This document shows, in pieces, positions 42,001 through 52,147 of a stretch of 64,000 bases of DNA. The position numbers were made by a program, and so were the translations under genes. The stretch comes from Podarcis filfolensis (lineage: Eukaryota): NCBI GenBank assembly GCA_964270895.1, contig OZ185436.1; one strand, given 5' to 3'. Position 1 is the stretch's first letter. Each line of letters begins with the position of its first letter. The notes under the pieces are model-generated. The model ran no database searches. It saw nothing but the letters and a program-made list of their open reading frames with translations, and had not been told where the DNA came from.

Positions 42001-43081
42001 TGGACACCAGGGTGAAGTCTAGTTGAACTTCTATAGACTTTTCCCAATCATTCAGAGGTATGGTGTATAAGAAGAGATCCTTATTAGAAGAGATGTTCAG
42101 GTACTCAGCCACATCGTGATACCTACAATTCTGTTTCTGGGTGGCTTCTGGAGTGGGGACAAAATGAAAAGATGAATGTGTCAGTATGGTAAGATTCAAA
42201 AGTCCTTGTTCTGTTCTTGTTCTTGTTTACAATTTATTACCTGCTCTTCAACCTAATGTTCCAGGTTTGGTTATGCTGGGGAAATATTGGAGTTCAGTAC
42301 CCAATACCCTGTGGGTTCAGCCTGGATGGCCAACAGAATCCGGACACCAATTGTTAGTCAAATAGGACATTTATTTAGATATTGCAAGGCTGGTTTCACA
42401 CAGCCTCAACCAGCAAGTAGTTATGGATGGCACACCAAATATGAAAGAAGTATACACATTTATACAATTACAAGCACAGGGAAGCAAAGGGGCTGTTATG
42501 TCCCTATATGGCAATACGTCTTTCTACTAGCTTATACTGGTTTAACCCTCCCTCCTTTTTCCTCAACAGCTACAGCAATAGCTCCTGCACATGTGTTCTT
42601 CCATCCTTCTTGCATGGTTCTCCTGCAAACACAACCTTCACATTCCAGCCTTCACTTGCTCAGCCTTTTCCTCACACATTTCAATTCCCCTTTATTCTTT
42701 TATAATGTTATTCTCCCTTCCAGTTACAATTAAAACACAACATTATATGAAAACACAACATTAAAAGCAGTTTAAAGAAACTTAAGAATACGAAAATAAG
42801 GCGGATGCTAAAAAGAGACATCTCAAGTGTCAAAAGCCCCAGCAAAGAGGTGCATCTAGGCAGAGTCAGACAGTATCCTTTCTCTCCTCTTCCTTTGCTG
42901 TATCCCATTATTTCGAAAGCCAGTGAACTCGAGAAACTGCTGCCTTTCATTCTAGCATCCAACCTACCTTCTATAAAGTCTCTTAGTTGATTTGTCAGCT
43001 ATTAAAACGAGAGAGAGGAGAAGAAATGGTTTTACCTGGCACCCAAGAGAGTAGAAAACTAATCATAACAGTTCTCCACAT
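33002..43081 (-). CDS. 5-HT3-receptor-like Cys-loop ion channel subunit, copy B (447 aa); coding exons 43036-43081, 41990-42147, 41601-41645, 41393-41502, 40173-40342, 38718-38878, 36080-36290, 34471-34644, 33002-33270
   Basis: Nine GT-AG exons (46/158/45/110/170/161/211/174/269 = 1344 nt, open). MWRTVMISFLLSWVP signal, WTPDLYIDE, Cys loop CSLDVHAFPFDQQKC, SGEW, M2 GEKIAFKMTLILQISF, C-terminus QWTR*. Confidence 0.93.
34100..34330. mobile_element. same MITE family, copy 6 (intron 8 of copy B)
   Basis: TIRs, TA TSD. Confidence 0.9.
34960..35720 (+). mobile_element. L2 3' fragment interrupted by a Penelope-like fragment (35229-35571)
   Basis: RKQAFSAVAPCLWNALPREV L2 end. The insert has a Penelope-type terminus (CTGAAGAAGTGTGCATGCACAC...TTAGTTGGTCTCTAAGGTGCTACTGG) and a 13-bp duplication GCCCTTTTAAAAT at 35216-35228 and 35572-35584. 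Confidence 0.75.
36941..38580 (+). mobile_element. degraded 5'-truncated L1-clade LINE in intron 6 of copy B
   Basis: ORF2 C-terminal pieces (KMNLLPK, WQGKRPRI, PDLKLYYEAA, MVYRWYLTP, CWKC*) homologous to the 10.6-kb L1, with one frameshift and one stop. AATAAA near 38558; 12-bp TSD TTTACCTAAAAT at 36929-36940 and 38581-38592. Confidence 0.93.
39317..39531. mobile_element. same MITE family, copy 7 (intron 5 of copy B; absent at the homologous site of copy C)
   Basis: TIRs, TA TSD; the homologous site in C near 50085-50100 is empty. Confidence 0.9.
40436..40714 (-). mobile_element. tRNA-Lys-derived SINE with CR1-like tail, interrupted by a hAT MITE (40483-40619)
   Basis: Degenerate tRNA-Lys head (AGTTGGTAGACCATGAGACTCTTAATTTCAGGGTTGTGGGTTTGAGCCCCAC) and CR1-type tail. 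The inner element has CAG..CTG termini and an 8-bp TSD ATCTAGTC. Confidence 0.75.
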
Positions 43082-44390
43082 TCTTCTCTGAGAGTCAAAC
43101 CAAGTGTTTTTAAGAGAAGAAGCAATAACCTGCTAGGCTGCTAAATTTGCAGCGGTGAGGAAGAGCCACATTTCTGTGTGAAATTGAGATCTCTCCTGGC
43201 TGTGGGGTAATGCATTTCACATCTCTGGTTTTGAATCTCATTTCCATGCATTTGCTCGTAATGATATTTTCTCGTAACTTTATTGGCTCTGCATTAGCAT
43301 CTGTATATTTCTCCCTGTTGGGATCACCCAACTAAAACATTTGCTTTCGCTTCCTCTAGATTTGTGTTTAATTAAGGATCTGGCTTCCCATTAGTGTGCA
43401 TTACTTACTCCTCGTTGAGGTCCGGATGTTTCTTTCCAGACAATTATGAGTTGTTCTTTTAATGCACTCTTTGCAAATGTTGTTAAGACAAATATTGTAA
43501 TTAGATATCAGGCACTACACTCCTGCCTCTTTGAAAATGCAACACACTTCACTTAGTAAAATACACAGTAGGGCCTGAAGGCATATCAACCCTACTCACA
43601 TATATCTACGGTGTTTAAACCCATTGGTGTCTTCAAATGATCCTGGGAATTGTGGTTTGGTATAGATGCTGCCAAAATTCTGTGACAGAGCCATGGTTCT
43701 TGGACATAACTACAGTTCATAACCTCCAGATGTTGCCGAACTGCAACTCCCATTGTCCCTAAGCTTTGGCCATGCTGGCTGGGGCTCATGGGAACTGAAG
43801 TCCAGCAGCATCTGTAGGACCACCAGTTCTCCACCCTTGACTTAAGGCCATGCTTCTCATCCTTTTTAAAAAAACCCATCTTCCCTTTGTGATAGCATAA
43901 AAATTCCCCAGCAGTCTCCAGAAGTTACCATGTAAAATTCCCACAATGCCTCCAACAAGGCATTGCTCTGGGGAATTGTGGGAAATTTAAATGGCAACTC
44001 CTGGACCCAGACATGTTTTTCAAAGGAGTGCATGAATGTGGTGTCAGCAGAGAACCTCGCTGGGGCCCTGGCAACTGCTTGAGGATGCCACATACTGACG
44101 CCAGGCCAGAAAACTTGCCACCCAATGAAGCCTTGAAAAACCAGCACTTCTGAATGATTGGTTTTGTGAGGCTTGATTGAGTCGTAAATTTTGCAGTGTT
44201 TTTACATATTTCCAAGCATGAAAGGCTTTGACTTTAGTAAGCACACTTCCAACAGCAAACACCACTTGGCTGAGGCATTTCATCAAGTCTCATTTGCTGA
44301 TTTTATACAAATTGGTATAGTTAGGATACTTGTACAACGGGCATTGGTTATGCACTCCTTGGTCTACCACAAATACCAATAATATATAAT

Positions 44391-47300
44391 TTAGCATGTC
44401 CACTGCACGGCAACAAAAGTTAAAAAGATGAATGAGAAAATCAGGCGGGTAAAATAAAGCCCTTTCTCCACAAGGAGGATCATATTATCCCACACAACTG
44501 ATTCAGAGTCATCCTGGCATTCTTCTAGGGAGAGATGTTTCCTGATCTGTTGCAATTCTGCATTAATATGTTTCAGAAACACCAAACTCTCTTCTTCATG
44601 GCACTTTTCTGACAAGGATGATCTGCCTGCCTGCTGGCTCCCTTTGGGCAGCCCGTCTCCTGCGTGGAAGAAAATGAAGACTGTATATGTTAACATGTTA
44701 AGAAAATCCTATGTAGGAACAGACATTGTTTGAGAATTAAAAATGGAGAGTTAAAAAACTACTGGCTGTTTTGATTCTAAATTCTGGCATTTGGTTCACC
44801 TGTCGAAGCAACCTAAGAAATCCTGAAGGTCGTCCAGTGGGTTTCTACTATCTCAATTCCTGGACAATGGATCCTGGACAATGTTCTTACCTCTTTCATC
44901 AGAGGAGTAATGGGGACAGCCTGGTGCCTCAAGTCCATTTCTTACATTACACAGAAATAAACTCAGCCTTATTCCAGCTGTACATTCAGGAGGGACTGGA
45001 CATTGTCTCCATGACTTTATGCCATGAAGTGACCCATAAATTAGCTAAATAAAAAACTAAATAAATAGCCAATCCTTCACGTACTCCTAAAAATGAACTG
45101 TGAAAAGGATTTGGTTTTTTTTTTAAAGCACTGGATTATGGTGCTTGACATTTGCCCCCTTCTCCCTCTTTATTGATCTTTTTCTCCATTATGTAAGAAA
45201 AAGAAAAAAAACATTTTGGAAAGTGCTTACCTAAATCAGCCACAGGCTTCTCAGATTGCTTTTTCTTCTTTCTCAGAATTATATTCATAAATTTATTCCT
45301 CATGAAGGGTGGGGACTCTGGTTTCTTCTGTTTAAGATAGAGTACGAAAGCATTCTCCAGGATACCAAAGACCATAAATACAAATATCCCGGTGAAAAAC
45401 ATGGCTGTGTTGGAGAAGAAATGGATGGTAAATATTTGGCCCTTCAGGCGACTGTTCTTTTACGCTAGAGTGGGAGGGGCCTGGCAGGAGGCAGAAAATA
45501 AATGGGGAGTGTTGTGGCACTGAGAAGATATGCTGTAGGGACCACACAAGTAACATGTGGGTTGCTGGTTTGGTGCTCCTATGTCTGTAGATGCTTTGTC
45601 TGTGATGGGATGTATGTATGGTAAAGATGACGGTCGTTTTGGGGGAGCTTGAAATAACTTGAGTGGGAATTAGGTCTAACTCCAAAGGAATGTGGGGGAA
45701 GTGTAGTGATGGTGGTGTCGGCGTTTGTAGACGGAGCCTGGGATAGTGACAATGGGTGATGGTTCTTCTCCCCACCAGATTTTGTGGGCATCCAATCACC
45801 AGTGTAACTACAGTGACAAATGGGCCAGATTGCTTGCAGAAACTTGTAGAAGCTCTAGTTCTCCTTTATGAGAATTAAATGCCCCAAAACTCACACACTT
45901 TGTAGATTATAGAAGGTATAAAATAAGGATAAATCCAAAAATACACCAAAGCATTGAAACACAAAACCGAGTCATCTTGCCCTCTTTGGCTAGCATGGAA
46001 TCCTTCTCTCTTAAATTCATAATAGTGAAATAGAGAGAAATAGGGATTTCCATGGCCAATCAAATAGATTCATCATTAAAAAGACTACTTTTGTCTTCCT
46101 GTCCTTCTCCTGCAGAGGAACCCATAGGACAAGACTGGTTAGTTGTTGAAGCACCATGGAGAGTTCCTAGGGGACAAGTTGCTCAAACTGGGGTTGGAAC
46201 TGGACTGAGGCCTCTACCATCAGTCCACAACTCTTATATGAACAACTGCCTTTTGGAAATCCAGACTCCCTTAAAGGGCCACCTTCTGGCCCGAAAATGG
46301 ACATTGCTCTTGGGTCCCATGGCCTCCCACTTGGTGTGATTCCTATGCTGTTGGACTGGCCATGTACTGGGGTTCCTCAGGCCTAAGTGGAGACACCTGT
46401 CCCATCTCTGGTTCTGTGGACCCTGGGTTCTATAAATCCTGGTGCTGTGGCAGCTATTAAAGGGGCTTTGGCCATCTGTTCCTTTGTCCCACTTTTTCCT
46501 TGAAGGAGTGCCAACTTCCAGTCCATAGAACATTGAGGATTTAACTCAACTGGGGTGCACTCCTAACTCCTTGGAGTAAGTCACATTGATTTCAACAGGA
46601 CTTACTCATGGATGGGCATGGTTAGACTCATGCTGTTGTTCACTAGAAGATTGTGCTGTGCAAACCTTTGTCAGAGATGCATAACACACTGCAGGCCTTT
46701 GCTGCTGTTCTCAAATGGTAGAAAGGCATTAAAGAGACCCTTCTTTCCCTATCTCGTGCGGAGGTCAATGGGTACTGCCAGTGTTGAACTAAAAGCTACT
46801 ATAGCATAGCAGCTGCAAAACAGGATGTCTTCCCTGGGACAAATCTCTCAGGGTGGCTAGCTAAACTCTCTCATTCTTTCCCCACATCTGAGATATATGG
46901 ATAATAACACCAAGATACCTTGCAGAGCTGTTGTAAGATCCGCAAGTTCATGTCACTGAAGTGCTTTAATATGTACTAAACAAATGATAAGGAGTATCTT
47001 TATTCTAGTTCTGTACAATGCCAGGTAATTACGATTTACAAAATAATATCTCCAGCTAAAAATCAGTTACTGACTCAGGGACCTGGTTGCTGGACCACAA
47101 TGTGAGTAGGTCCAATGAAAGCAACCAAAACTATTTGACAGCCCCCCAAAACTGTTCAAAGGCTGCCAGGGCTGAATAATCTGTGCAGTAAAAGGTGGTT
47201 ACCTATGACTGGTGGATCATCTGATGCTGATGGTAGCATATCATTCAGAATCAATGACAAGAGTGAGACTTGCAGGATCAGTGTCACTTTGAAAGCAATC

Positions 47301-50300
47301 TTTTCTCCAGGGCAAGCAAACGCATAAGAAATAGCCATATCCAGCAAGAACAGAGTAAAAGTTGGCAGGATCAGAACCAACACATACAAAATGGATTGCC
47401 TCTTCATAGAAACCTGTCCCAAAAAAGGACAAAACAAGAATGAAGATTACAGCAAAGAATGGTACTATCCTTTCAGTCTCACTAGTAGCATCAATTTGCC
47501 CATGGTCCTTATTCTTAGCAGCCTAAGAGTGGGTGAGACCATTTGGAGGACTGTTAAACAGGTGATATAATGAAATTCTGTTAGAGGGGATTTGAGGAAG
47601 TCAGTTGTCAATGTAATGAAATTAGGGATATGAAGTGATAATTCTTTTTTGTGTCTTTTTTCTTTGTTTTGTGTTTTGTAATGTTTTTCTTTTTCTTTGT
47701 GATAAATGTGAAAATCAATAAAAAAATTGGGGGGGGGGGGGGAAGAGTAGGTGAGACCATTATTTTCTCTCTTCCGAAAGCACGTCAAACTGCAAGTAGA
47801 TAAAAAGGTACCGCTCCGGCGGGAAGGTAAACAGCGTTTCCGTGCACTGCTCTGGTTCGCCAGAAGCGGCTTAGTCATGCTGGCCACATGACCCGGAAGC
47901 TGTACGCCGGCTCCCTCGGCCAATAAAGCGAGATAAGCACCACAACCCCAGAGTCGGCCACGACTGGACGTAATGGTCAGGGGTCGCTTTACCTTTACCT
48001 TTAAAATGTTTCATGGAAAGTGTGGGATAACACTGTATTTGACACGACGACATATAACCTGCCCACAAACAAACTAAATAAACAGGTCATCTGAAAGAAC
48101 CCAGGTTGTGCTTGCTTCTGCAACTCATCTACTAACCCAATGCATGCTTACCATATTTTTTGCTCTATAAGACTCACTTTTTCCCTCCTAAAAAGTAAGG
48201 GGAAATGTGTGTGCGTCTTATGGAGCGAATGCAGGCTGCACAGCTATCACAGAAGCCAGAACAGCAAGAGGGATTGCTGCTTTCACTGCACAGTGATCCC
48301 TCTTGCTGTTCTGGCTTCTGAGATTCAGAATTTTTTTCTTCTTGTTTTCCTCCTCCAAAAACTAGGTGCGTCTTGTGGTCTGGTGCGTCTTATAGAGCGA
48401 AAAATATGGTGCTTCTTCAATGATCTTACTAGATAAGTGTGCATAGGATTGCAACCTCAGGATGCTATTCTGTTTGTATTGCTGCAGCTTGAACGATTAC
48501 TTAAAATCAAAGTGTCCATCGTCAACATATTGCAAAGGACAATTGATTTATCTTTTTGAAAATGAGCCAGTAATGGTTGGTTGGCATCCTTCTGTCTCAG
48601 GAGACAGTAAAGGATGTGCCTTTGGGGAGTGAAGTCAAACCGTTGGAGAGGCACATTGCCTGCTGTTCAGGCTGTAGAGATCAATATGGGAGAGACATGT
48701 TTGCTTGCAGCTGGGGCAGATGAAGGCACCCAGCTGTGCTGCAGCAGTTGCACCATGGCGTTTCCTCTCTGCATTCCTCCCAGCAGTCATTCCTTCTCTG
48801 GTCACTGCTGTGGATACATGACCTGACTGCTTGTCTCCAGGCTCTGCAGTTGTCTGCATGGGATTCCCACACGGTGGGGTTGATGTTGCCAGCCTTCTTC
48901 TGTGTAACACAGAGTTGGTTGGCCAATGGGCTTTGTACCTGAAGCCAGCTCCCCATAAAGCACATCCTTGGGGGTCCTGCCATATTCCATTCTGTGGACA
49001 TGACCAAGCTGCCCACATAGATGTAACTGAGACAGGAGTGTAGGAATGTGGGCTTGCAAGAGCACATCTTTGCTTGAGACTCTGTCCTGCCATGTGTGGC
49101 TCAAAATCTGCCTGACGCAGTGCATGTGGAAGACATTGAGGCAACACGCCTGATGCCTGTAAGCTGCCCATAAAGCAGTGTGCTCAACATACAAGCCTGG
49201 TAGACTTTCATCTTGGTAAATTTACTACCCTAAAAATTTAAGCAGCATGCCTGAAATTTTGCTTAAGCATAAAAACGAACACAAACTTTGTCTTAAGCAT
49301 AAAACCGAACGCTAGATATATAGGGATATCTTTCAGTGTTCCCATGTTTTCTAAATGTATTAGAAACCAAATACCTCATAAGTGACAATACTAAAGTTGC
49401 TTATATCATATCCCCAGGTGTGCTCTATGATCCTCAGTTCTTCAAACTTCCATTCTCCACTGCTCAAGAAACTTTTGTGACTATCTTGGTTTGCTTTCAT
49501 GGAAGATTTAGAGCTCTTCAATAGTATTTCCTTATCTAGATTCAGCAGAAGACAAATGAAGGTTGTTAGTTTAGGGCAGTATAGAAAATCACAATCACAT
49601 CCTCAGTAAAATATATATATATGAAACATAAAGCTGATGAACCCGTTAGGAGCACAGACTGTGTATATACTTCAGTAGTGATGTCTGTCAGCCCTCTTAG
49701 GTCTTCCTTTTGAGGTTGTGCCATAACTCTTCCATCTTGTCCCACAGCTTGCTCAGTGTGCGAATTAAGCCCCGATGTGGCATCACACCCAAACTGGTAG
49801 TGATATACCAATAGCAGACATGTGGTCAGCCTCCCATGGGAGCAACTCTCAAAACTGAGAGAAGACTTTGACCTGGGGACATTGGCAGGGGGAGCAAGCA
49901 TACGATAAGGAGTGATAATAGGGAGACACTCAAGAAAGATGTGGAAAACAGGGAACGTAAGGCACATTTGGAAAGGCACAAGCTGAGTGTACAGTGTTAA
50001 CCTCCTAGTGAAGGGGAGATAAGAAATATAGTAAGTAAATAATAATGCCTTGTGCCCAGTGCTAGTCCTACTCCGCAAAGACCCATTGAAATTAATGGGC
50101 ATGGCTAACTCAGGTCCATTATTTCAATGGGTCTACTCTGAGTAGGTCTTAGTTGGATGCAACCTAATCTTATCTTTCTATATAACAAAATTGTAAGGCT
50201 GTCATCATGCAGCAGTTTTCATGGCCACCAATAGGCAGCCATGCAAACTGCAGGTTGGATATACCAGGTAGGCAGAGTGAGAGAGCAATGCAAAGACATG

Positions 50301-52100
50301 GGTAGAGTGATCAGGCCACAAAGGAGCAGGAAGGACAGTTCTACCCCACATTCCACCTCTGATTCCACTGCCATTGATGGTGGGGAGGGCAAAGGGGCAA
50401 AGGTCTCTCCAACATCTATCCCACCCCAAAGTTTATGCTATGATTGCTGCTCAGAGAAGGAGAGAAAAATGCCTGCATTTTGAAATGCAGGGGTTTCTCC
50501 TTCACACAACGACAGCTATGCTAACCCTGTTGTTGTCACCACTGCTGTTGGGGTGAAGAGGAAAGTCTTTTTGCCCTTTGTGGTGGTGGTGAAGTTGATG
50601 AGTTGCAAAGGGAGAGATTTGTAAAAGTATAAAGGGAAGGGTAGGGTGAGCTGTGGGAGAATTGGGAGATTTAAGAAGCTGTAAGAGACGTGGGGGTTGG
50701 GGAGTTAAGAGGAGTTGGGTGTTGGGAAGCTGATTCGGGAGTGGTGTAAAGGTTTAACAAGGGGTGGTAGGTCTGGCAGGCTTGGCAAGCAAGACCTAGG
50801 TGGGAAAGGGGTGAATTGTGAAGGTTGAAGAGTGAGCATATGGGGTACCAATTGGGAGTGTGCATTCAAAAGTACATGGATGGAGAGATAGAATCAAACA
50901 ATCATGACAGTTCAAAGAAATACAGCTGTGCTTGGCTGTGTTACCTGAACATATTGTGGTCATGGTTAAGTTGCATTTTTGTTTATCAAAAGGAAATGCA
51001 TGGACATCCAGACCGCAGGATGAAGTGAGTCGGTAGGTTTGAAGCAAATGAATGTAGCCATCGGATGTGACAAATGCCATAGGGCTGAGTGTGAACTTGT
51101 CTTCATCGGCCCTAAAGATACGGTTATCGTAAGGAAAGCTTAGCATTTTGTACATATTAGACAACCTGCATTAGTAAAAATGGACTTAAGCAGGGCATGT
51201 GGCAAGAGATGAGTAGTAGTGTGGAGACCCTACCATTTTAAAAGACCAAGGGGAAAGCCACCTATGCAATGGGTGGATGATCTGAAACTAACAGCAGGGT
51301 TTGCATGGATGCAGCAAGCAAACAAAAGAGAGTGCTGGGGACAACCTGAAGAGGTGTACTTCAAAGGATGGATGTGAGATGCAGGAGGAGGAGGAGGAGG
51401 CAATTTATAGGTTTGGCTCCTACATTGAAACCCTCTTTGTCAATGCAACAACCAAACAAACATACAGAGATTGACTGCATGTATTATATAATAATAGAGT
51501 ATAAAATATAACCAAAGGGGGTTATGAAAACATTTATAATATACAAATAAGACATTAATATGTTCACATATAAACAATGTCACCTTATAGGAAAGCCCAG
51601 GTGGATTCCGTAATTTTTTAATTTTCCAACCAAAATATTTCCAATATTTTGCAAAATTCAGCAGCTGTCATAAAAATGTCTGGGGATCGGAATAGTAATG
51701 ATAATGTTAGATTACATCACTTCTCTCAGTGGTGAGATGTTCCAAGTGTGTGGCCCCTACCTGTTTTATTTTCCCCCAGAAGGAGGCTTGTGGCATTTTG
51801 TAATATCTGTTTATCTGCTCCCACATCAGGTCTCGAGAGAGAGGTGGTCAGCACTTCCAAAATGCTGTTGGCTTGCAGAACCCAAGCTCCACTCACTGTG
51901 TCCCCCTTAGCACCCCCCCCCCTCACTCAGAAACCATCTATGGTTCTTTTCACAGATATCTAAATTATATCATCCTTAGCTAGAGGTGGGGGAAGAAAGG
52001 CAGAACAAAAATAAAACCTTTAAATCCTCGTGCTTAGATTCAATTTCAAACAACTGAGAAAAATGAACTTGCTGTATGTTATTTAATAACCCAAGTACTA

Positions 52101-52147
<47 letters not shown>

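Noticed and set aside
36080-47413. anion-selective PAR-type motif from the Pro in SPGE/CPGE
   Set aside because: The Pro is at -3', not -2', and the -1' Glu is retained, which indicates cation selectivity.
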